Part shown: positions 26,140-36,213 of the stretch, piece by piece | Numbering within the stretch: the first letter of the stretch is position 1 | Layout of the letters: every line of letters starts with the position of its first letter | Sequence record: SRR2962707_771 | Length of the DNA stretch: 64,000 bases | Direction: 5' to 3' (one strand) | Position numbers and translations under genes: made by a program | Notes under the pieces: model-generated | Databases searched by the model: none | The model's input: the letters and a program-made list of their open reading frames with translations, nothing else | Told to the model about the DNA's origin: nothing

Positions 26140-27234
26140 GTGCCACCTTCAAAGAACAATTGGCTGGAAAAGCTTCTCAATTTCGGTATTTCAGAAGGCT
26201 CAGCAAATAATTTAAATTACAAACAAGTTGTTAATTTAGCCTTAGCTTTGCTCTGCGTGACGGATGCCGGCATGATGCTTGTTTTTGCGCTGCAGCAGGC
26301 TTTCTGGGTTGTTGGTTTTTACGCCATTTTCATGGTCATCTCCCTGTTCGGTTTTTATCTGCATTCTCGACATTACTTCTCTCTTGTTAAATTAATTGTC
26401 CCCTTCAGCACCATAGTGCAAATTGTTGTTACAAGTTTGTATTTTTTTGGGCCTGGTAGTGATTTCCACTGGTTGTTTGTGACAGTGGCTGCTTATGCGT
26501 TTACGGCGTTTCGTCCCGATGAGAAGATCATGCGTTATGGTGTGGTTTTATTGTCCGTGATGTTGTTTACCGCTTGTGAGATCTTTCCCGTAGAAGGCGT
26601 GCATATGAGCAATGCCGACCAGGGATTGACCGCTGTCCTGACTTTTTTATGGACCTTGTTTACATTAGCTGTGGTCATCAATGTGGTGATCGCGCGTTTG
26701 CGAAAAGTGAACGATTATTTGCGCGTGCTAGCAGAGAAAGATGAGCTTACTGGGTTGGCCAATCGCCGCAAAGTATTGACGAATGCGGTGACCATGTACA
26801 CCGAGGCGATGTATTACCATCAGCCCTGTGTGTTTGCTATTTTGGATCTTGATCACTTTAAACGTATTAACGACACCTTTGGTCACGATGCCGGAGATTT
26901 GGTTCTGAGTGAGATCTCTGGGGTTATGCAGTCCTGTTTAAATAAAGGTGACGCCATCGGTCGTTATGGCGGCGAAGAGTTTGTCGCTATTATGGGCAAT
27001 ACAACGCTAACAGAGGCGCAACAAAAAATGGATTCGCTGCGTGAAACGGTTGAAAACACTTATATCACAACCGAAAAAGGCATCGTTATTCCTGTGACTG
27101 TAAGTATTGGTCTGGCGGCGATATCGAGCCAAACCAAACGTTATGAAGACGTATTGGCGCTGGCGGATACCGCACTTTATCAAGCCAAGAAAGCAGGGCG
27201 TAATCGCGTTATTGCTCAACAACCCACATTTTAA
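26140..27234 (+). CDS. Membrane-anchored diguanylate cyclase
   Basis: About 6 TM segments, then DELTGLANRR, DLDHFKRINDTFGH, RYGGEEF. Confidence 0.9.
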   Translation: MPPSKNNWLEKLLNFGISEGSANNLNYKQVVNLALALLCVTDAGMMLVFALQQAFWVVGFYAIFMVISLFGFYLHSRHYFSLVKLIVPFSTIVQIVVTSLYFFGPGSDFHWLFVTVAAYAFTAFRPDEKIMRYGVVLLSVMLFTACEIFPVEGVHMSNADQGLTAVLTFLWTLFTLAVVINVVIARLRKVNDYLRVLAEKDELTGLANRRKVLTNAVTMYTEAMYYHQPCVFAILDLDHFKRINDTFGHDAGDLVLSEISGVMQSCLNKGDAIGRYGGEEFVAIMGNTTLTEAQQKMDSLRETVENTYITTEKGIVIPVTVSIGLAAISSQTKRYEDVLALADTALYQAKKAGRNRVIAQQPTF

Positions 27235-27243
27235 TGTTTGAAT

Positions 27244-27299
27244 GCCATTGACAAATGAGTTGTCCACTAAGTTTGGGGATAACTCTGTTGGCTTTTTTT
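27244..27299 (+). terminator. Terminator-like hairpin after the diguanylate cyclase gene
   Basis: GAGTTGTCC/GGATAACTC stem within a longer imperfect stem, followed by T7. Confidence 0.55.
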
Positions 27300-27324
27300 A
27301 TTTTCGCTTTTTTGAGGTTCTTCT

Positions 27325-27996
27325 TTGTTAGACATAGTGTTCCGCTGTGATGATTTTTGGTTGGTAAATAAGCCTGCAGGCATGAGTTTTCATGGAGAAT
27401 CAGACACGTTAGGGGTTATACAGACGTTAAAGCGTGATTATCCTTCTCACGTGTTTTACCCAGTGCATCGATTGGATAAAATAACCTCAGGTTTGCTGGT
27501 GGTTGCTTTGCATCATGAGGCAGCGGTCACATTCGGCCATATGTTCGAACAGCATTTGATAGAAAAGCGCTACGTGGCGATTTCGAATCGTAAGCCTAAA
27601 AAGAAACAGGGGGCGGTTCGTGGTGGTATGGCGCCGAGTCGACGAGGTCAGTGGAAATTGACCAAGGGGCTTGAGAATTTGGCTGTGACGCAGTTCTTTT
27701 CCGCTGCGTTTGAGGGCAAACGGGTTTTCTTTTTAAGGCCGTTAACCGGCAAAACACATCAGATTCGTGTGGCGTTAAAGAGTGTGGGTGCGCCCATTCT
27801 TGGTGATGAACGTTATGGCGGTGAGCCTTCTGATCGTGGTTATTTGCACGCCTATTTTTTGTGTTTTATGTGGCAGGGTGTAAAGCAAGAGTTTCGTTGT
27901 TCTCCTAATGTAGGGGAGCATTTCAGTTCAGCGTTTTGTGAGTTTCTAGAGTCGAACTTTCAGGAAACGTCATTAAAATGGCCGTCAGGTCAATAA
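27325..27996 (+). CDS. RluA-family pseudouridine synthase (TIGR01621-like)
   Basis: VNKPAG, VHRLDKITSGL, TGKTHQIRV, PILGDERY, LHA. Confidence 0.9.
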   Translation: MLDIVFRCDDFWLVNKPAGMSFHGESDTLGVIQTLKRDYPSHVFYPVHRLDKITSGLLVVALHHEAAVTFGHMFEQHLIEKRYVAISNRKPKKKQGAVRGGMAPSRRGQWKLTKGLENLAVTQFFSAAFEGKRVFFLRPLTGKTHQIRVALKSVGAPILGDERYGGEPSDRGYLHAYFLCFMWQGVKQEFRCSPNVGEHFSSAFCEFLESNFQETSLKWPSGQ

Positions 27997-28037
27997 ATGT
28001 AACCCAAGTCTGATGTGGCTTTGGGGTAGGAAAGTAA

Positions 28038-29090
28038 ATGAAAAATATTTTGGCATATTGCCGACCGGGTTTTGAGAAAGATTGTGCCGCTGAGTTGGCA
28101 CAAGTGTCGTCTGAGAAAGGGTTTTATGGCTACGCTAAAGTCGTTCCAAACGCGGGTTATGTGGTCTATTGCTTTAATCAGACGGATACGATTGAAGAGT
28201 TAATTAAGCAGTTGTCGTTTAACCGTCTTATTTTTGTGCGTCAGTTGATCGCGATTAATGAGGTTGTGGAGTTTGAATCTGGCTCGCGAGTGGAGTCCTT
28301 GTTGGACGCGGCTCGTCAATTGCCTCTTGCAGAAGAAGTGTGGATTGAAACCGCCGACACAAATGACGCAAAAGCCTTGTCTGGGTTAATTAAAAAACTG
28401 GATAAGCCTTTAAAGATGGGTTGGAAAAAATCTGGTGTGTTGCGTAATAAAGCGGTTGGCGTGCGCCATCATGTTTTTTTATTGGATGGCGAAAGTGCTT
28501 ACTTAGGGGTGTCTTATGTGGCCTGTCGCAGTGAGTTCCCAATGGGCATTCGTCGTTTGCGTTTCCCAGCAGCAGGGCCTAGTCGCTCTACGCTGAAGCT
28601 AGAAGAAGCCTTCTTGCAGTTTGTGCCTGAACATAAGCGAGACACCGATTTGCTAGAAGGCATGACGGCGGTTGACCTTGGTGCTGCGCCAGGTGGTTGG
28701 ACGTATCAATTTGTTAAACGTGGCATTAACGTGATCGCAGTAGACAATGGCCCTATGCAAAAAGAGCTTATGTCGACAGGCTTGGTGGATCATGAAAAAG
28801 CCGATGGCTTCAAGTTTGAGCCGCCTTACACAGTAGATTGGCTAGTGTGCGATATGGTGGAAAGACCCATCATGGTGGCTGAGTTGATGGCGAAATGGCT
28901 GGCTAGTCGCTGGACTCGTCGGGCTATTTTTAATTTGAAATTGCCGATGAAAAAGCGTTATCAAGAAGTGGTATTGTGTCTTGAGTTGATTGAAAAGCAG
29001 TTGCAAAAAGCCGGTGTTGGTTATCAGTTTCAGGCCAAGCATCTGTACCATGACCGAGAAGAAATCACCGTGTGTATTATTGCTCACTAA
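28038..29090 (+). CDS. rlmM: 23S rRNA C2498 2'-O-methyltransferase
   Basis: YCRPGFEKDCAAE, PSRSTLKLEEA, DLGAAPGGWT, VCDMVE, HLYHDREE. Confidence 0.95.
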   Translation: MKNILAYCRPGFEKDCAAELAQVSSEKGFYGYAKVVPNAGYVVYCFNQTDTIEELIKQLSFNRLIFVRQLIAINEVVEFESGSRVESLLDAARQLPLAEEVWIETADTNDAKALSGLIKKLDKPLKMGWKKSGVLRNKAVGVRHHVFLLDGESAYLGVSYVACRSEFPMGIRRLRFPAAGPSRSTLKLEEAFLQFVPEHKRDTDLLEGMTAVDLGAAPGGWTYQFVKRGINVIAVDNGPMQKELMSTGLVDHEKADGFKFEPPYTVDWLVCDMVERPIMVAELMAKWLASRWTRRAIFNLKLPMKKRYQEVVLCLELIEKQLQKAGVGYQFQAKHLYHDREEITVCIIAH

Positions 29091-29128
29091 TTTTTCTTTA
29101 GTGAGATAGGTGCTGTTTTCCTGTTACT

Positions 29129-29178
29129 AAAAAGCCCCATTCACCGTGAATTATATTTCTAGGTGAATGGGGCTTTTT
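29129..29178. terminator. Bidirectional terminator
   Basis: AAAAAGCCCCATTCACC/GGTGAATGGGGCTTTTT between convergent genes. Confidence 0.85.
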
Positions 29179-29217
29179 GCTGTCTGCTCGCTGGAGAAGA
29201 GCTGGGCTGGCCGTGAT

Positions 29218-30891
29218 TTAGAGAGACTCTTTTACATGAAATGCCTTGTAGCCCATGGCGCGTTCCATTAGCTCGTCGCGGTGGTATATGTCGTTACGAA
29301 ATTCTGGCATGCCGTTGGCGTTGGGCACCACGGTAAAATAGACGATGTAAACAGGGATGTAAGTTGGCAGTGTGATGACTTTGCTCTTCTTGCTCTTCAT
29401 AACACTAGCAAGCACGCTGGCCTGGGGGCTGTTGTTGGTGATGTTTTTCGCAAACGCCGCCGCGTGTTCGAGGCGAATACAGCCGGAACTGAAAGCGCGA
29501 TCGGTTCGTCTGAATAAATACTTGGCTGGGGTGTCGTGCAAGTAAATTTCATTTTTATTGGGGAACATAAATTTGAAGGAACCCAGAGCATTGTCTTCGT
29601 CGGGGATTTGCTCGAAGCGGAATGAAAGGTCTTCAGGGGCAATGTTTTTCCAATTAATGCGTGTCGGGTCTAGCTCTTTTGCACCAATGCTCCAGCTTGA
29701 GAATACACGAAAACCGTGTTTGCCTAAGTAATTTGGGTCGGCTTGAAGCTTAGGCAATAAGTTTTCTCTTGCGATACGGTGCGGAATGCGCCAGCTAGGG
29801 TTGGCCACCATGTATGTCATTGTGCCTTTGAACACAGGTGTCATTCTGTCTGGTTTGCCAATCACGGTTTTCATGGTGGTGCGATTGCCGTTTAGGTAGG
29901 TGTCGACTGAGTAGTTGGTCAGGTCGACCCAAATGCGGTTTGCTTCTAATTTATTGGGTAACCAGCGCCAGCGTTCTAAGTTGAAGGCGATTTCTTCGGC
30001 GCGTTTTTTGAGCGGAACGTTGAGCATTTGAATGGTGTTTGCGCCAGCCGCGCCGTCGGCACTTAAGTGATGACGATGCTGAAAACTTTGTAAGGCTTCT
30101 TTTAGTTTTTTATCAAACCTGTCTTCGTCTACTTTGCGCGTGGAGAAGCGAATGTCGCCTAGTTGTACTAATCTTGCTCTGAGTTGTGAAACGCGAGGGC
30201 CTTCGTCTCCTATTGAGAGTGCTGAGCCTGGTTGAACGACAATGTCTTTTTCTTTTTTGGCAAGTTGTTGGTAATAGACTAACCACTTTTGTAGCACTTG
30301 ATATTGAGGGTTTCGCGGAGCAAGCAGCGGCAGAGAGTCAACCATTTCACCCGCGGTGCTTAAAGAAAGTAGGTCTTTCCAGTCGCGACTGGGTGCATCA
30401 AGCTGCCAGTTTGGGTCAATCAGTTGTGGCTCATAGCGGCCATTGCTGATGTCGTGTGCATAGCTAGACAGGGCAATGGTTGTAATGACGTCCATTTCCG
30501 CTAGCTGTTGTGTGGTTGGGGACTTTAGCGACAAATAGTGCTTGATGATGCCGACATGATAGTAAATTGGATTAAGGCCGTGACTGTTCGCTTTTTCTAA
30601 AATGGTGACCAGTTTGTAGATAGAGGGCACAATGTGCTTGTCTTGTATCCAAATAGGTCGATAGCCGCGTTCAGCATACGTCGATAAAACGGTGTTGTTA
30701 GGAAGTGCTTGGCCCGCAACCGGGGTAAACGCGTTCAGCATCATGCTGACTTGGTCTTTAACGCTGCTTTTTATTTGTGATTCGCTGGGTTGCTCAACCA
30801 CTAATCGGTTGCCGGTATTGGTGGTGGAGCAAGCGCTCAGCATGAGGCAGAGTAGCAAGAGTGTGATGGGGCGTTTCAGCGTAAGCGTCAT
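29218..30891 (-). CDS. L,D-transpeptidase, YcbB/LdtD-like lipoprotein
   Basis: Lipobox LSAC, PG-binding domain (FQHRHHL.ADG), NLERWRW, IYLHDTP, FSSGCIR. Confidence 0.92.
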   Translation of the reverse strand: MTLTLKRPITLLLLCLMLSACSTTNTGNRLVVEQPSESQIKSSVKDQVSMMLNAFTPVAGQALPNNTVLSTYAERGYRPIWIQDKHIVPSIYKLVTILEKANSHGLNPIYYHVGIIKHYLSLKSPTTQQLAEMDVITTIALSSYAHDISNGRYEPQLIDPNWQLDAPSRDWKDLLSLSTAGEMVDSLPLLAPRNPQYQVLQKWLVYYQQLAKKEKDIVVQPGSALSIGDEGPRVSQLRARLVQLGDIRFSTRKVDEDRFDKKLKEALQSFQHRHHLSADGAAGANTIQMLNVPLKKRAEEIAFNLERWRWLPNKLEANRIWVDLTNYSVDTYLNGNRTTMKTVIGKPDRMTPVFKGTMTYMVANPSWRIPHRIARENLLPKLQADPNYLGKHGFRVFSSWSIGAKELDPTRINWKNIAPEDLSFRFEQIPDEDNALGSFKFMFPNKNEIYLHDTPAKYLFRRTDRAFSSGCIRLEHAAAFAKNITNNSPQASVLASVMKSKKSKVITLPTYIPVYIVYFTVVPNANGMPEFRNDIYHRDELMERAMGYKAFHVKESL

Positions 30892-31175
30892 AGGGTGCTC
30901 CTAGCAGTGATATGGTGGTCCGTTGGGGTGGTTGCTTGTTCAATCGAGGTGATAATTTGCAAGGCTTCTTCTCTGCTGTTGCCACAGATCATCGCTTCGG
31001 CGCTAAAATCACGGCACACTTTCGGGCGGGATGGATCATTGAAAATGGCGCAACGATAGTCGGTTAGAAGGTGAATGCATGCCTGCCCAGCGGCTTTCCC
31101 ATTGGGCATCCCTGGAATGGGGGATGAAATAGAAGGTGCTGTACAACAGGCACCGCAGTGAGAACGACATTGCAT
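30888..31175 (-). CDS. YkgJ-family cysteine-cluster protein
   Basis: CRSHCGACC, GMPNGK, CAIF...RPKVC. Confidence 0.9.
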   Translation of the reverse strand: MQCRSHCGACCTAPSISSPIPGMPNGKAAGQACIHLLTDYRCAIFNDPSRPKVCRDFSAEAMICGNSREEALQIITSIEQATTPTDHHITARSTL

Positions 31176-31364
31176 ATCGGCGAGATACCCTGTTAAATGG
31201 CTTAATAAGCAAGTAAGTTTATGTAAATAGATAGAATATTCAAAAACTTATGCATTTATATACTATTTTAAAGTATCCCAAGCATAGGGCAATAGGAAAG
31301 CTTTAAATAAGTGTGTAAATCGACCTGAGACGTCCTCCTTTAGTGAAGTGTTGTTATTATCATT

Positions 31365-32600
31365 ATGAACAAAATTTTAGTGGTTGAAGATAGCCCCGTT
31401 GTATTAAAAGTTTTAAAGCATTTATTGTCGCAAACCGCCTCTTTTTCACCTGTGTTATGCGCCAGCTATGAAGAAGCAAAGTTGGTGTTAACTGAGGAAG
31501 GAAGTGAGCCTTTTTTTGCGGCGATTGTGGATCTTCATTTACCAGATGCCGTAGATGGGGAGATCGTCGATCTTGTGTTGTCGCTTTCGATCCCTTGTGT
31601 TGTGTTAACGGGCACCTATGATGATGCGCTGCGCTTAAGTTTGTTGAACAAAGGGGTCTTGGACTACATCACAAAAGACAGTCGCTATTCGTTTAATCAT
31701 GTCGTCAGTGTGATTGAACGCCTCAGGAAAAACCAATCAATTAAAGCCTTGGTAGCGGAAGATTCGTCGACCAGTCGTTTGTTTATTAAAGCCTTGCTTG
31801 AACAATACCGTTTTAACGTCATTGCTGTAGAAAATGGTCAAGAAGCCTTGTCTATGTTGGAGTCAGATCCTGATATTCGCTTACTGATCACCGATCATAA
31901 TATGCCGCTCATTAACGGCTATGATTTGGTTCGAATGTTACGTCAGAATACTCGCTTCCAAGACTTGGTGATCATAGGTTTGTCGGCTGAGGGAGATAAT
32001 GCCTTGTCGGCAAGGTTTATTAAAATGGGCGCGAATGACTTCATTAAAAAGCCATTTTATCATGAAGAGTTTCATTGTCGGGTGATTCAAAACTTAGAGT
32101 CCCAAGAAATGTTAGAAACCATTCGTGATATGGATGCAGTTGATTCCTTAACGCGCTTAAGAAGTCGCCGTTATCTGTTTGATGAAGGTCAGGCGTTTTT
32201 TGATAAACAAGCCGCCAAGCCAGAGGGCGTGGGACTGGCGATGATCGATTTAGACGCTTTTAAGCAAGTGAACGACATTTATGGCTTTATGGTTGGCGAT
32301 GCCTTATTGAAAGAAATGGGCGAGCAGATGCTGCTGTCTTTTCCCGAGGCGCTGGTGGCTCGATTTAGTGGGGAGGAATTTTGCGTCATTGATGAAGGCG
32401 GGGCATCTTTTGATGCTAAACTGCAGAGTTTTATGTCCGTGCTGAGGGCAATGACCTTCACCGAAGCTAAGATCCCTATGACCTCTAGTGTTGGTGTGTT
32501 TGTAACCCAGGATGGCGGCCTAGAAGAGGCGATTAAGATCGCTGATGCGCGTTTATACGAAGCCAAAAGCCGCGGCCGTAACCAGGTTGTTGCAGGTTAA
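31365..32600 (+). CDS. PleD-like REC-REC-GGDEF protein (SGEEF variant)
   Basis: Two receiver domains (VDLHLPD, TDHNMP), DLDAFKQVNDIYG, RFSGEEF. Confidence 0.88.
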   Translation: MNKILVVEDSPVVLKVLKHLLSQTASFSPVLCASYEEAKLVLTEEGSEPFFAAIVDLHLPDAVDGEIVDLVLSLSIPCVVLTGTYDDALRLSLLNKGVLDYITKDSRYSFNHVVSVIERLRKNQSIKALVAEDSSTSRLFIKALLEQYRFNVIAVENGQEALSMLESDPDIRLLITDHNMPLINGYDLVRMLRQNTRFQDLVIIGLSAEGDNALSARFIKMGANDFIKKPFYHEEFHCRVIQNLESQEMLETIRDMDAVDSLTRLRSRRYLFDEGQAFFDKQAAKPEGVGLAMIDLDAFKQVNDIYGFMVGDALLKEMGEQMLLSFPEALVARFSGEEFCVIDEGGASFDAKLQSFMSVLRAMTFTEAKIPMTSSVGVFVTQDGGLEEAIKIADARLYEAKSRGRNQVVAG

Positions 32601-32639
32601 CGCCGAGGCTTCTGTGCGCTGCTGGGTTTAATGGGGTAT

Positions 32640-33437
32640 CTAATTTAAGATTTGCGCTAATAGCTGACGAATGACCCTAGGCTCAAAGGGTTTCCCACAG
32701 ATCGCATCTACCCCTTCTTGGGCAATGTTTGACAGCTGGCTGTCGCCGGCGTTGGAGCTGACCATTAGAATGGGAATGTGGGCAAGTTCGGTTGATTGTC
32801 GAACGGTTTTCGCCAGCTCTCTCCCGTCCATTTCTGGCATATTATAATCTGTGACAATAAGGTCAAAATCGTCGCAATTTAAACGTTCGATGGCTTGCTG
32901 GCCATTGTCGGCTACCTGTATGTGGTTTATGCCCATGGCATTTAAAGTGCGGCTGACGTACTTTTGCGACATGATGCTGTCGTCCACCACGAGAACTCGT
33001 AAGTTTCGTGGATCAAACAGCTCTAGGCTGATTTCCTCTTCTAGAATAAAATCCAATGTCGAATAAATCGCTCTTTTGAGGTCTTTATTAGTGAAGGGCT
33101 TAGGCAGAATGGCCAATACTCCCGCTTGTTTTAAGTGCTCTAGGTTGTGCTGATTACTCTCGCTCGACACTAGCATAAAGCATTGTTCTTCTGTCCTTTC
33201 ATTGCTGCGAATGGCGTCGATTAGCTCGTTCGCTGTGCCATCAGGAAGGTACATGGCTGAAATAATCAGGTCTGGTGGAAAGCTGGCCAGCAGTGCGAGA
33301 GTTTCTTCGATGTTGTTGGCAAATTCAATGTGCTTAATGCCGGATTCTTCAAGTGCTTTGGCGATGACTTTTTTTTGCATGTCGGAAGGTTCGACGAGCA
33401 AAAGAGAGAGATCTTGAATTTCTAGATAGGGTTCCAC
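32640..33437 (-). CDS. Tandem two-receiver-domain response regulator
   Basis: REC1 degenerate (VEPS, ISAMYLPD); REC2 canonical (VDD, TDYNMP, KP). Confidence 0.88.
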   Translation of the reverse strand: MEPYLEIQDLSLLLVEPSDMQKKVIAKALEESGIKHIEFANNIEETLALLASFPPDLIISAMYLPDGTANELIDAIRSNERTEEQCFMLVSSESNQHNLEHLKQAGVLAILPKPFTNKDLKRAIYSTLDFILEEEISLELFDPRNLRVLVVDDSIMSQKYVSRTLNAMGINHIQVADNGQQAIERLNCDDFDLIVTDYNMPEMDGRELAKTVRQSTELAHIPILMVSSNAGDSQLSNIAQEGVDAICGKPFEPRVIRQLLAQILN

Positions 33438-33529
33438 AGCCTAGTCGCCTTATTTGGTGTAAAATCTCATCCTATCACATCAAATACGTTAGAATGCGAG
33501 TTTGATCAATATTTGAGTTGGAGAGAAGG

Positions 33530-33808
33530 GTGGCGACAGCAAGTGCATGTCATATTTTGGTAAAAACCAAAGCAGAAGCAGAATCCATTAAAGGAAAGCT
33601 GGATAAAGGTGCGGATTTTTATAAGCTGGCTAAGCAGTTTTCTACTTGCCCGTCAGGTAAAAAAGGTGGGGACCTTGGGGAGTTTCGTAAAGGCGATATG
33701 GTTGCGGCGTTTGATAAGGCGGTTTTTAGTGGCCCTTTGTTGAAAGTGCAGGGACCCATCAAAACTCAGTTTGGTTTTCATCTGATAAAAGTATTGTACC
33801 GATCTTAA
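33530..33808 (+). CDS. ppiC: Parvulin-type peptidyl-prolyl isomerase
   Basis: [35 protein letters not shown] start after GGAGAG. Confidence 0.93.
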   Translation: MATASACHILVKTKAEAESIKGKLDKGADFYKLAKQFSTCPSGKKGGDLGEFRKGDMVAAFDKAVFSGPLLKVQGPIKTQFGFHLIKVLYRS

Positions 33809-33835
33809 TCACATCACACACGAAGGAGAATAACG

Positions 33836-34261
33836 ATGGATAACCCAATCCCATTGGCGAGTAATTATTTTGTCGCGCCACAAATTGCGGTTGCAGATCT
33901 GCTTCAGCTAAAAGCGCTAGGCTTTGAGAGCATTATCAATAATCGCCCAGATCATGAGGTGGATGATCAGCCCTTGTCTATTGAATTGGAAAAAGCCGCT
34001 GCGGAATTGGGGCTTGAGTATGTTCATAACCCGGTTGATTTGAAGACCTTGAGTGAATCCGAAGTGGACGCTCAGGTCGCCGCATTGGCGGGTGAGAAAA
34101 AAACCTTGGCATTTTGCCGTACAGGTACCCGTTCTTCTGTGTTGTGGGTACTATTAAATACTGCCCAAGGGGCAAATTATAACGACCTCAAAACCTTGGT
34201 GGCTGGCAAAGGATTTGATCTTTCTCGTTGTGAGCCAGCCATGCAGCCATTAATTAAATAA
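33836..34261 (+). CDS. TIGR01244/DUF442-family sulfurtransferase/phosphatase-like protein
   Basis: IINNRPDHE and the CX5R motif AFCRTGTRS. Confidence 0.85.
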   Translation: MDNPIPLASNYFVAPQIAVADLLQLKALGFESIINNRPDHEVDDQPLSIELEKAAAELGLEYVHNPVDLKTLSESEVDAQVAALAGEKKTLAFCRTGTRSSVLWVLLNTAQGANYNDLKTLVAGKGFDLSRCEPAMQPLIK

Positions 34262-34295
34262 GTCGCTATTAGTTAAAAAAACGGCTCTTTAAAAC

Positions 34296-34327
34296 AAAAA
34301 ACCGCTTCACATGGAAGCGGTTTTTTT
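34296..34327. terminator. Bidirectional terminator
   Basis: AAAAAACCGCTTC/GAAGCGGTTTTTTT between convergent genes. Confidence 0.85.
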
Positions 34328-34350
34328 ATGTCGACACGTGCGTTGCTTTA

Positions 34351-36024
34351 TTAAGCAACCGCCGCGTTTTGGGTTTGAAGTGTCTTCTGGTTCACTGTAG
34401 CAAGCAAGGCTTGAATAGAGGCAGACACAATGTCGTTATCTATTGCCACGCCGTTAAAGCGATCACCATTAATATTGGCTTGAACGTAGGCGATGGCTTG
34501 AGAGTCACTGCCAACAGTCAGTGCGTGCTCTTGATACTGGATGATATCCACTCGCATGTTAAAGTGATTGCCTAGTGCTTCACTGAAGGCAGACAAGGCG
34601 CCATTGCCAGATCCGCTGATTTTCACGCTGCCGCTGTCGCTAAGCAATTCTGCGCGAACGGTGTCTTCCTCTTCTTTTGCAAGGTCATAACGGCCAAGTT
34701 TGTAAGGGTTGGTGCCCGTTACGAAGCTGCTTTCGAACAGATCCTTCATGGATTCAGCGTTGACAACGCCGCCATCTTTTTCAGCAAATTGCTGCACGAT
34801 AGGGCTGAATTCTACTTGCAACCAGCGAGGCAATGCCAAGCCGTATTCTTGCTCAAGAGTGTAAGCGATGCCGCCTTTTCCTGATTGGCTGTTTACACGA
34901 ATCACTTCTTGGTAGCTGCGGCCCACGTCGCGAGGGTCGATTGGCAAGTAAGCCACATCCCAAGGTTTGTCGTCAGTCTGATTGGCCAAACATTTTTTAA
35001 TGGCATCTTGGTGAGAGCCAGAGAAAGCAGTAAACACCAATTCGCCTGCGTAAGGGTGGCGCGGGTGAACTTGTAGTAAGGTGCAGGCTTGAACCACACT
35101 TATGATGCGGTCCATATCGCCTAGTGCCAACTCTGGATCAATACCTTGGCTGTAAATGTTCATCGCCATAGTCACGATGTCCATGTTGCCTGTTCTTTCG
35201 CCATTGCCTAGCAAGGTGCCTTCAATGCGGTCTGCACCCGCCATCACGCCTAGTTCTGCAGCGGCAACGCCACAACCTCGGTCATTGTGAGTGTGTAGGC
35301 TGACTATCATGCTGTCGCGTTTTTTCACGTTGCGGCAGAAGTATTCAATCTGATCTGCGTAACGGTTAGGTGTGGACACCTCGACAGTAGCAGGCAAGTT
35401 AATGATGATTTTGTTGTCAGGTGTTGGTTGCCATACATCAGCAACCGCGTCGACGACTTCAATGGCGTAATCGATTTCTGTGCCGGTAAAACTCTCTGGT
35501 GAATATTGAAATACCCATTCTGTTTCAGGGTGTTTCGCGGCGTGGTCTTTGACGCACTGGGCACCATCTACTGCGATTTTTTTGATGCCGGCCATGTCCA
35601 TACGGAACACTTGCTCACGCTGAGTGGTCGAGGTGGAGTTGTAAACGTGAACGATGGCTTTTTTAGCGCCTTTCAAGGATTCGTAAGTACGTTCAATCAA
35701 TTCTGGGCGTGCTTGGGTCAATACTTGAATGTAGACATCGTCAGGCACTTGGTCTTCTTCGATTAACCAGCGTACAAAATCAAAATCCAATTGGGAGGCA
35801 GCAGGAAAGCCCACTTCGATTTCTTTAAAGCCAACATCAACCAGTAGGGCGAAGAATTGTTTCTTTTGTTCCACAGTCATTGGCTCAACCAGTGCTTGGT
35901 TGCCATCGCGCAGGTCAACACTAGACCAAATAGGTGCTTTAGTGATTTCTTGGTCAGGCCAAGTGCGGTTTTGAATCGCCACTGGTTTGAATGGCGTGTA
36001 CTTAGTGTGGTCAAAAGACGTCAT
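34351..36024 (-). CDS. leuA: 2-isopropylmalate synthase (yeast/Pseudomonas-type)
   Basis: DLRDGNQAL, YSPESF, NLPATVE, HTHNDRG, GNGERTGN, AFSGSHQDAI. Confidence 0.96.
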   Translation of the reverse strand: MTSFDHTKYTPFKPVAIQNRTWPDQEITKAPIWSSVDLRDGNQALVEPMTVEQKKQFFALLVDVGFKEIEVGFPAASQLDFDFVRWLIEEDQVPDDVYIQVLTQARPELIERTYESLKGAKKAIVHVYNSTSTTQREQVFRMDMAGIKKIAVDGAQCVKDHAAKHPETEWVFQYSPESFTGTEIDYAIEVVDAVADVWQPTPDNKIIINLPATVEVSTPNRYADQIEYFCRNVKKRDSMIVSLHTHNDRGCGVAAAELGVMAGADRIEGTLLGNGERTGNMDIVTMAMNIYSQGIDPELALGDMDRIISVVQACTLLQVHPRHPYAGELVFTAFSGSHQDAIKKCLANQTDDKPWDVAYLPIDPRDVGRSYQEVIRVNSQSGKGGIAYTLEQEYGLALPRWLQVEFSPIVQQFAEKDGGVVNAESMKDLFESSFVTGTNPYKLGRYDLAKEEEDTVRAELLSDSGSVKISGSGNGALSAFSEALGNHFNMRVDIIQYQEHALTVGSDSQAIAYVQANINGDRFNGVAIDNDIVSASIQALLATVNQKTLQTQNAAVA

Positions 36025-36213
36025 GATGTAGGTCCTTGCTGGTTGAGGGTCGGTAAACCCCTGTGTGTTATGCGCTTCTCGAATAGGCGCTTTTCTATGT
36101 TTCTATAGTAACGAAAAACTTGGGGTAAAAGATTGCGTTTTTTAATAAAAATCACATATTGTTTGGCAGTATATTGCTAGTATTTGGGTAAATCGGACAA
36201 AAATGGTGGTTTT

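Noticed and set aside
27260-27282. Two DnaA-box-like 9-mers (TTGTCCACT and TTATCCCCA on the minus strand)
   Set aside because: Both are imperfect and are the arms of a terminator-like hairpin; there is no oriC context
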